The notes under the pieces were generated by a model, which ran no database searches, was not told where the DNA came from, and saw only the letters and a program-made list of their open reading frames with translations. A program made the position numbers and the translations under genes. A stretch of DNA of 64,000 nt from an uncultured virus (IMG/VR IMGVR_UViG_3300010938_000019) (lineage: Duplodnaviria > Heunggongvirae > Uroviricota > Caudoviricetes), in the IMG/VR virus record IMGVR_UViG_3300010938_000019, one strand, 5' to 3'. Shown in pieces: positions 57,262 to 64,000 of this stretch (positions are counted from its first letter, which is position 1; every line of letters begins with the position of its first letter).

Positions 57262-57906
57262 CTAATAATTGCTTAGTAAGCTTAAGCAGCCGTCTTTAAG
57301 ATCTTGAGTTACTATCACTCCATCTACAGATACTGCTTGTATTAGCCCTTTAGCAAGGCTAGGACGAGAAGCTTGTAAAGAAGCTTGTATGTTTGCAAAA
57401 CTAGATTGCATTGATGTAATCTGCTCAGAAGTTAAATTACGATCTAAGTTAACTCCCGCAATAAAATCTAGTACAGCTTGACATGCTTGACGTGCAGCAG
57501 CACCAGCTTTGATCTTGTTCAACTTATCTTGTTCTGCATTGTATTGAATTGAAATATCTTGTATTTCTGATGTATATTGTGCTCTTAGACGAACATGAGT
57601 TTGCACCATAGCAGTTTGAGGTACAGAGTCTACGATCTGCACACCTTCAGCGTCTAGTACTGGCTGATTTTGCTCGTCAACTCTAGGTACTTGCAATGGT
57701 TCTATAGACTGCTCGGTTTCAATAATTTCAAGTACATCTTCTTGGGCGTATTCTGAATCGATAGCTTCGATGCGCTCAGGAAGTCTATGAGGTTTACCGA
57801 TTTGTCTGTCGAGCCATGCTTGTGCTTCTTCTTGTGAAGGAAAATTTCCTACCCATGGAGCACCATATTGAACTGCATTTGCATTTTGTATTATTACTTT
57901 AAACAT
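57262..57906 (-). CDS. hypothetical protein, possible fibre accessory
   Basis: Directly follows the large fibre gene. Confidence 0.55.
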   Translation of the reverse strand: MFKVIIQNANAVQYGAPWVGNFPSQEEAQAWLDRQIGKPHRLPERIEAIDSEYAQEDVLEIIETEQSIEPLQVPRVDEQNQPVLDAEGVQIVDSVPQTAMVQTHVRLRAQYTSEIQDISIQYNAEQDKLNKIKAGAAARQACQAVLDFIAGVNLDRNLTSEQITSMQSSFANIQASLQASRPSLAKGLIQAVSVDGVIVTQDLKDGCLSLLSNY

Positions 57907-57912
57907 ATATAC

Positions 57913-60900
57913 CTACTTTATTCTCTTAATATGTAATTGATTTCTTCTTCCAGATAATGCAACAGTTAAAGTTATCGCGTTAGTGATATTTTCTTCAGCA
58001 AGAACTCTTATTGTCTCTCCCTGCGAAAGGCTAAAATAGGCAGTAGCAGAAGAACTATATGACCTAGAGGAAGCGACTTCACATATATCTCGTTTACCGC
58101 TATATGTAATAGTAGACAATCCTTGTTTTTGTATGGTTATACCAAAGTAGTTTGTTACTGCTGCTACTACAGCGTCAGACACTACCACTGTGCTTACTTC
58201 ATAGATACCTGAAACTGGGACAGTATAAATACCGGTAGAAGTGTTATATGCATTATGTGTATCAAAAGCTCTATCTTCAAATATAACTATTCCGTTATCT
58301 GTAAAAGTAGCTCCTGCGTCAGTTGTGTAGCTACAAGCAACAACTTCTGTTGGAGCAATTTGAGCTGGGTTGTTGATTTTAAAACCTTCAAACATGGAAG
58401 AATCAGTAGAATCTCCACCGATAATAGTATATGAAGCGTCTCCAGCATTATATACTTCTACAAAGTCTCCCTTACTCAATTCTAAAGTAGTTGTTCCTGT
58501 CCATTGATGTGTAGCTTCATCTGCCCACCATCTAAAGTTCTTAACTGATGTTGCATTTTTTCTTATTTGAGCAGTATAAGCCGCACCTGCTGTAATATCA
58601 GTATTCGCCAGTAATACGAAGTTAAAACAATATAATCCAGATTCTGGAGCTTCGAAACGAGTGTTAGTAGTGCTAAATCCTGACCCTTTATTGTAACAAC
58701 CTAGTACGGTTCCTGTAATAGTATCAAATGTTATTTTAGTAAGAGCTGAGGTAGCAATTGCCTGATTCGCAGATAATCTAGCTTTAAATCCTATTATATT
58801 CCCAGTGCTATCGCTAGCTCTACCTTCTTTAGCTATTGTAAAAGTTACTAAATCAGCAATTGATGCAGCTACTCCGGTAGTATGAGGTCTTATTATATCA
58901 CCCTTACTAAGATACCCACTCCAAGATACGTGTCCAGTTTCTCCAGAGAGTGTCTTAACTCCTGACAATCTTTGAGCTACAGCTAATCCTGAATAATTAG
59001 ATGTAAGTGAAGCGGCATTTAAAGAAATACCAAAATTTTCAGAAGAAGCAGAAAAATTATCTGAATATGAAATATGATATACACCATTTTCATTTACAGT
59101 AAAGCTTGCTCCATTTGTTGCACTGTCAGCATATGTAATTGCTGACCCAAAATTATTATTAATGTTAGTAAATCTTCGGATTCTAGTTCCAGTAGATCCA
59201 TACCCATTAGCTGTATTTAATCTAACCATAGAATCAAAACTAACTACTGGAGCAGAAGTAGTTACTGGACCAACATAAACATTATCTAGTTTAAAATCAT
59301 AATTAGCTGTAGAAGCATTAGATATATGCCATGCTATTCTATAACTTGTAGAGTTACTAGCAGCTTGGAAATATCCACGATATGCAGCTTGTCCAGAATT
59401 AGCTAGGATGTCACGTTGTGAAGGCTCTATAACCTGAGCGTTAGTAACATCGTAAATATATACACGCATGTCTCCATCGACATATGCGCTAGTTACTGTA
59501 TAGTCAAAACTTATTTCAAGCATTTTAGCTTGATCAGCAGTATCTATAGTAAAGTTATAGCTAAATCCTTCTCCTAATCTCGAAGCTGTACCAGTCTTGC
59601 TCCAAAGTCCAGAGGCTGTACCTCTTAATGGAGAAGAAGTCGAGCGAGTAATCGTAGTTGCCGGAGAACCTCCTGTAGCATCTACAATAACTGCAGCTCC
59701 ATCAGCATAGGCTGTATATCCTGTAATAGCAGCTTCAAAGTCTGAATTAGCAGAAACGTAGTTAATTCCCGCAGTACCAGAACCACCAGTTCCACCAATT
59801 ACCATCCAGCGCGATTCAGTAGAATCATACTCAAGAATAAGAGAAGCTTCATCTTTAAGAGCTAAAGCTGCCTTTTGTCCAGTTAAAATACGATTACCTG
59901 TAGTAGCACCAGTGTTATCGTTAATTGTAACTGAGTTACCTGTATGGTTAATGACGGTAATTTGCTGACCAGCAGATCCAGCAGGAATCATGTCAACTGA
60001 AGCAAGAGATGCGTTAGTTAAGCGAATAATCTTTGTTGCTGGAGTAGCTAGTGTAGCGTTAGATCCTGTACTAGCAGAATCTGTAGTTATCTCATAAGCT
60101 ACGTTTTGAAAAAAGCGAGTATCTTTATTAAGATCAATAATACCTGTACCATTTGGCGTAATATCAATGTTACCGTTAGTATCTGTAGAGCTTATTACGT
60201 TACCATCTAAGCGAATATTATCTACGTTAAGTTGAGTAGCTCCCGAAACAACTCCAGCATCAGAAATGGTAATTGAAGAGTTTTGTAAAAGTTTACCCGT
60301 AGTTCCATCGAATCTAGCAACAGCTTCATCAGTAGCAGAAGCTGGACCTTCTACGTCATCGGTAATGTCAGTATTGATTGTGTCAATATCGCCTTGCAAC
60401 TCGTTAAGAGCAGCTTGTACTGTAGTAGCGGCTAGGTTACCTGCCGGAGTATTAGTAATTGCAGAAGCAGCGTGTGCATCTGTAGTATCATTTAAGTGAG
60501 CTTCATGAGCTGTTTCTAAAGCCTGAATAGCTTGTTTATTTGTTTGGTTATCTGGAATAGTAGTTCCAGTAAAAGTACCTAAGTTAACTGCATCTAAAGC
60601 TACTCCAGAAAGAGTAACAAGATTATCTACGTTTCCATCAACTTCGTCAATAGCAGCTTGAACTGTAGTAGCAACTAATCCAGAAGCTCCATTACTAAAA
60701 GCAATTTCAGAAGCATCATTTACTGTAGCAATACTGTTGTCAACATAAGTCTTAACAGCTAAAGCTGAAGGAACTTGTGTATTAGAAGCTGCAGCTAAAG
60801 TAGTAGAAGTATTAAGCACTCCAGACTTTAGGTTATCAGTTTCGATATTAGATACAGTGTTATTATCTACATCAATAGTTTTATTTTCTAAACTCTGTAC

Positions 60901-61053
60901 TTGATTTTCAGTTACGATAGTACGTTCTACTCCGTCAAGATATACTTTTACTTCATCACTAGCACTGTCAACTCGAACTTCACCTTCAATTGAAGCTACA
61001 GTTGTAGTTGGATTGAGTGTGATACCTTTATCGAACCGTTTTGAAATTTTCAT
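57913..61053 (-). CDS. large fibre/receptor-binding protein with C1q-like C-terminal domains
   Basis: QSLENKTID, TTVQAAIDE, A.ARFDGTTGKLLQNS; C1q-like RFEAPESGLYCF and IYTVPVSGIYEV. Confidence 0.7.
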   Translation of the reverse strand: MKISKRFDKGITLNPTTTVASIEGEVRVDSASDEVKVYLDGVERTIVTENQVQSLENKTIDVDNNTVSNIETDNLKSGVLNTSTTLAAASNTQVPSALAVKTYVDNSIATVNDASEIAFSNGASGLVATTVQAAIDEVDGNVDNLVTLSGVALDAVNLGTFTGTTIPDNQTNKQAIQALETAHEAHLNDTTDAHAASAITNTPAGNLAATTVQAALNELQGDIDTINTDITDDVEGPASATDEAVARFDGTTGKLLQNSSITISDAGVVSGATQLNVDNIRLDGNVISSTDTNGNIDITPNGTGIIDLNKDTRFFQNVAYEITTDSASTGSNATLATPATKIIRLTNASLASVDMIPAGSAGQQITVINHTGNSVTINDNTGATTGNRILTGQKAALALKDEASLILEYDSTESRWMVIGGTGGSGTAGINYVSANSDFEAAITGYTAYADGAAVIVDATGGSPATTITRSTSSPLRGTASGLWSKTGTASRLGEGFSYNFTIDTADQAKMLEISFDYTVTSAYVDGDMRVYIYDVTNAQVIEPSQRDILANSGQAAYRGYFQAASNSTSYRIAWHISNASTANYDFKLDNVYVGPVTTSAPVVSFDSMVRLNTANGYGSTGTRIRRFTNINNNFGSAITYADSATNGASFTVNENGVYHISYSDNFSASSENFGISLNAASLTSNYSGLAVAQRLSGVKTLSGETGHVSWSGYLSKGDIIRPHTTGVAASIADLVTFTIAKEGRASDSTGNIIGFKARLSANQAIATSALTKITFDTITGTVLGCYNKGSGFSTTNTRFEAPESGLYCFNFVLLANTDITAGAAYTAQIRKNATSVKNFRWWADEATHQWTGTTTLELSKGDFVEVYNAGDASYTIIGGDSTDSSMFEGFKINNPAQIAPTEVVACSYTTDAGATFTDNGIVIFEDRAFDTHNAYNTSTGIYTVPVSGIYEVSTVVVSDAVVAAVTNYFGITIQKQGLSTITYSGKRDICEVASSRSYSSSATAYFSLSQGETIRVLAEENITNAITLTVALSGRRNQLHIKRIK

Positions 61054-61068
61054 GTATTATTTTCCTTG

Positions 61069-61533
61069 CTAATCTGCGACGATTGCTTTACCTTTAAATT
61101 TAATTACTATAGAATCTGTATTTGCTTTATTTGAAGCAATGTAAGTGAATTGACCTACGTTAGTTATGTCTAATTCAATGCCAGTATTATTACCAACGTA
61201 TTCAACGTTAATGCTAAACGTGGAACCGTTATATGCACCTGTAACAACAAAAGCTTCTGCTTCTGTAGGAGTGGAATCTGTGAATGTACGGGTAATAAGA
61301 CCTTCGACTGAAACTTGCTGAACAACTGAGGTATCGAACGATAATCCTGCAACATCTCCACTAGCGCCATTATTGAGAATAGCTTCTGTAATGAGGATAT
61401 CTTCAGGACCTTGGACTGTCTCTAAGGCTTCGGTTACAGCTTCCGCCCAAGCGGTTGCTTCTTCGCCCCAATTGCCATCCCCCTGCACTGGATATTCGAA
61501 CGTTTGATTTCCTATCTGGAGGGTTTTAGGCAT
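61069..61533 (-). CDS. virion structural protein downstream of the capsid gene
   Basis: YP..GD.NWG N-terminus; C-domain similar to the end of 53480-55477. Confidence 0.6.
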   Translation of the reverse strand: MPKTLQIGNQTFEYPVQGDGNWGEEATAWAEAVTEALETVQGPEDILITEAILNNGASGDVAGLSFDTSVVQQVSVEGLITRTFTDSTPTEAEAFVVTGAYNGSTFSINVEYVGNNTGIELDITNVGQFTYIASNKANTDSIVIKFKGKAIVAD

Positions 61534-61561
61534 AATAATTTCCTATATCTACTTTCTACAA

Positions 61562-61572
61562 GTAGTTGTTAA
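61562..61572 (-). promoter_or_regulatory. candidate late promoter TTAACAACTAC
   Basis: Identical copy immediately after the capsid terminator. Confidence 0.65.
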
Positions 61573-61601
61573 AATAAGAAGCCCCAGCATTGCACCGGGG
61601 C
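61571..61601 (-). terminator. intrinsic terminator after the major capsid gene
   Basis: GCCCCGGT-GCAAT-GCTGGGGC then TTCTTATTTT. Confidence 0.7.
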
Positions 61602-61621
61602 GATAAGCGTCAGAGTGACGA

Positions 61622-62845
61622 TTAGTCTTTGATATAACGTAGGATTGTGATACAAGAAGGGCGAGTAGTGAAAAGAGCTTGGTCAGAATAACATCTCATT
61701 TCGTAACCGTTAGCGTTCTCAAGAAGCTTGAAGAACTCTCCTTCGTATCCAGGTGGATCGAAAGTTACGTCTGTAGAACCAATTCTTACCAATTCTTTCT
61801 CACAGAAAGCATAAGCAAAACCAGCTTTGATATAAGAAGAAGCCATGATTTTGATCATTCCATTCTGTCCGTAGAATTTCAATGACTTAGAACCTTGCTC
61901 CAATTGAGCAGAAGAGTATGAAGCATCATAGTCACGCTTAGCAGCTTGTTCAGTCAAAAGGTTCTTCCAAGAACGATTTGATACTAGAACAGTTACTTCT
62001 TCTTCAGCAAGACCTTTGTCCATCATAGCGGCAACAGCTTCTTCGATTTTATCGAAAGAAAGAACTGCAGCACCAGTATTAGCGTCAGATCCAACGTTAA
62101 CAATGTTACCTTGGAAAAGAGGCTCAGAAGAGTTATTGATACCGAAAAGAGTTGCTTTAATTTCAGCAATTCTATGCATACCAAGTTGCTCTTTGAATTC
62201 AGGAGTTACACCAGCAACTACTGCACCAGCAAAGAAAACTCTATCTGTAGCAACTACACCAGCAACTGACAAGTTACCATCAGTAGTGATTCTCTTGTTT
62301 TCAAGATCAACAGCAGTGATCTTGAAAGAACCGCGTAAAGTAGCTAAAGTAGCATCGAAAATGTCGATTTCATGTCCAGTCATTCCTAACCAGATTCCAG
62401 CAGCCCATTCATAAGCTTCTACGTTAAAAGCAGCAGTACCTTGCAAAGAGTCAACTTCAGCAAGACCTTTCTGTCCGTAAAGCATAGCACACTCTAATCG
62501 GTGATGCATAGACTTAAGCATGTTTCCAACGAGAAGTTTAGTACCTCTTTCGAAAGAGTTTTTACTAGAAACAGCGCGAGAAGCAGCTCCAACAGAAATA
62601 GCAGAACGTAATACAATCTCGTATCCTTTGATTGTAGCGTTTTTCATTGGGAAAGAAACGATGTCATTAAGAGCAAAAGCTTCGCCTTCGCTACCGCCGT
62701 AAGTTACGCCACCTTCCAAACCGATGATTACTGGCTCGTTAAAGCTCAAACCAAGTTGCTTATCTCCCTTAGAGAATTTAACAAGGTTAATGAACTTTGC
62801 CGAAGCTGGAACGAGGTCTTTAATTTGAGAAGAGTATACTTCTTT
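61622..62845 (-). CDS. major capsid protein, exon 2
   Basis: Frame is open from 62845 (KEVYSSQIKDLVP…) to the stop at 61622; followed by a strong terminator; spliced product 426 aa. Confidence 0.8.
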   Translation of the reverse strand, partial: KEVYSSQIKDLVPASAKFINLVKFSKGDKQLGLSFNEPVIIGLEGGVTYGGSEGEAFALNDIVSFPMKNATIKGYEIVLRSAISVGAASRAVSSKNSFERGTKLLVGNMLKSMHHRLECAMLYGQKGLAEVDSLQGTAAFNVEAYEWAAGIWLGMTGHEIDIFDATLATLRGSFKITAVDLENKRITTDGNLSVAGVVATDRVFFAGAVVAGVTPEFKEQLGMHRIAEIKATLFGINNSSEPLFQGNIVNVGSDANTGAAVLSFDKIEEAVAAMMDKGLAEEEVTVLVSNRSWKNLLTEQAAKRDYDASYSSAQLEQGSKSLKFYGQNGMIKIMASSYIKAGFAYAFCEKELVRIGSTDVTFDPPGYEGEFFKLLENANGYEMRCYSDQALFTTRPSCITILRYIKD

Positions 62846-62889
62846 CAGTTACTTCATATACTTAGCTAGTCGTATATGACCTGACTATA

Positions 62890-63570
62890 TCATCCTTCTA
62901 TTGAAGGGGTTGCGCTGTAAGACTTTTTTTGATACATGAGTTCTAGATATCTAAATTTATGTTGCATAGATTTAAATTCTAATACAAAAGATCGGATTTT
63001 TTCCCATATCTTTAGTGAATCTGAATTGTTTATTTTCAAATAAGGATATTGTTTATTTCCTTTTTTTGAATAACAGATTCTTAAATTTACGTCAAAGTTG
63101 GTTTTAAACCAGTCTATTATTTTAGCCTGAGTTTCTAACGTTTGATCACAAGTGAATAATCTAAGTCTTGCTCCATAGCATTCTGTTTTATCAGCTTTTA
63201 CAACACTAGCCTCTACATACCCATCATCCATTAACCATACGGCTAATGCCATTTCTGGATGTCTTATAAAGGGAAGTATTCTTGCTAAGTCTTTCTTATT
63301 ATTAGGATAAGTAAACTTTTTCCAGGATCGCATTCTCACATCAGAAACTGATAATTGAACTGCTTTTCCTTTGTGGCTATTTCTACATCTTACTTCTCTT
63401 CCGAATATCTCGGTTAGAAGTTTAGCTTTCCATGCTTGATAGTCAGCTTGTACAATTCCATGCCCTATTGTTATAGCAGCACTGGCTTTGTTAGAAGTTA
63501 AGTGTAGACAGCCATCACCTAATAAAAGAAGTAAGCAAAGACTTCTTTTGTCTTTATTCATTAAACTCAT
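62890..63570 (-). CDS. intron-encoded two-motif LAGLIDADG homing endonuclease (226 aa)
   Basis: LLLGDGCL and LAVWLMDDG motifs; GGAG SD before ATG 63570. Confidence 0.88.
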   Translation of the reverse strand: MSLMNKDKRSLCLLLLLGDGCLHLTSNKASAAITIGHGIVQADYQAWKAKLLTEIFGREVRCRNSHKGKAVQLSVSDVRMRSWKKFTYPNNKKDLARILPFIRHPEMALAVWLMDDGYVEASVVKADKTECYGARLRLFTCDQTLETQAKIIDWFKTNFDVNLRICYSKKGNKQYPYLKINNSDSLKIWEKIRSFVLEFKSMQHKFRYLELMYQKKSYSATPSIEG

Positions 63571-63663
63571 ATATACTCCAACACCAAACGGTTCAGGATA
63601 AAAAATGTCTTTAGTCGATGAACGTTCCGTATCTCTACGGCTTCGCTGCTGATTGCCCTTTTC

Positions 63664-63692
63664 ATTATAGCAGGGGTTCCAGCAATTCACAA
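63664..63692 (-). promoter_or_regulatory. sigma70-type promoter inside the intron core
   Basis: TTGTGA, 17 nt, TATAAT with TG extension; about 90 nt upstream of the endonuclease ATG. Confidence 0.55.
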
Positions 63693-63749
63693 CCTTTTCC
63701 GACTTTAAGTCGTGAGGGGTTACACCTCAGTTGTTCTCAGATTACTCTA

Positions 63750-63806
63750 AAACAACCCATTTAGTGAAGCCTGGGTGTTGGCTTTTGAAGGATCTAAATT
63801 CGCCAT
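63750..63806 (-). CDS. major capsid protein, exon 1 (MANLDPSKANTQASLNGLF)
   Basis: AAGGGA SD, ATG 63806; 19 codons followed by an in-frame TAG that belongs to the intron. Confidence 0.85.
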
Positions 63807-63970
63807 ATAATGGTCCCTTTTAAAAATTAGTTTTTAAGCCTAAATAGTTAATAATACTAAGTTTTCTTACAGGGTATTTATGAATCCGTCAGGGTATCAT
63901 AAAGCCGTAAAAGTAATACTACACCGTGTATTATCTAGTAGAGAGAAAGGCTTATTATTCTCTCTACTAT

Positions 63971-63981
63971 GTAGTTGTTAA
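63971..63981 (-). promoter_or_regulatory. candidate late promoter TTAACAACTAC
   Basis: Identical copy about 165 nt upstream of the capsid ATG. Confidence 0.65.
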
Positions 63982-64000
63982 AATTCAATAACTTACTAAT

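Larger units (their letters stand above)
62846..63749 (-). ncRNA. group I self-splicing intron (904 nt, IA-like)
   Basis: Exon U pairs with G in P1 (GUUGUUU/GAACAAC); P AAUUGCUGGAA, Q AAUCAGCAG, P7 GACUA/UAGUC, P3 GGUUGUG/CGCAACC, P8, P9; terminal G at 62846; removal restores the frame. Confidence 0.93.

Noticed and set aside
58487..58495. Partial late motif inside the large fibre gene
   Set aside because: Only 9 nt match and it is far from any start codon, so probably chance.
47504..61053. Diversity-generating retroelement behind the repeated fibre segments
   Set aside because: No reverse transcriptase in the window; the repeats are coding and differ mostly at synonymous sites, not specifically at adenines.
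732..62702. Short ORFs antisense to or nested in long genes (e.g. 732-977, 9514-9729, 20752-21144, 33299-33715, 62016-62414)
   Set aside because: They are shadows of well-supported genes, run against the strand organisation and lack SDs or motifs.
62747..62749. TTG start of the capsid protein given in the ORF track
   Set aside because: The frame continues to the 3' splice site at 62845 and the real start is in exon 1 at 63806.
63571..63690. First 40 codons of the ORF-track protein 62890..63690 (MNCWNPC…)
   Set aside because: They are the intron P/Q/R core read in frame; the SD-led ATG is at 63570.
1..64000. Stop-codon reassignment
   Set aside because: TAA, TAG and TGA all end tightly packed genes and conserved proteins are full length in the standard code; the TAG after capsid exon 1 is intronic.
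1..64000. tRNA or rRNA genes
   Set aside because: Intergenic gaps are short and none showed a cloverleaf or T-arm consensus by eye; tRNAscan-SE would confirm.

Overview
This window is a gene-dense, AT-rich fragment of a large tailed dsDNA phage genome made of two converging halves. The + strand (1-32054) carries early and replication genes: a CYTH-like enzyme, ThyX, a PLP aminotransferase, class II ribonucleotide reductase, an M15 endolysin, exported proteases, a Cas4-like exonuclease with an ERF annealase, an AEP primase-SF4 helicase, family B DNA polymerase, a T5 A1-like metallophosphoesterase, ClpP and dUTPase. The - strand (32043-63806) carries virion genes in a podovirus-like layout: major capsid, modular fibre proteins, adaptor, nozzle, internal proteins and a lysozyme. 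Three core genes are each invaded by a different kind of selfish element. (1) The major capsid gene is split by a 904-nt group I intron (62846-63749) that encodes a LAGLIDADG endonuclease and has a sigma70-like promoter inside its ribozyme core. (2) PolB is broken into two ORFs between motifs B and C by a free-standing HNH-type gene, with no visible splicing element. (3) The A1-like phosphoesterase has a 320-aa intein inside its GHSH motif. Also seen are a candidate late-promoter motif (TTAACAACTAC), three apparently leaderless genes and a structured capsid leader. No tRNA, rRNA, CRISPR array or reverse transcriptase was seen. All protein calls come from motif recognition by eye, not database searches.
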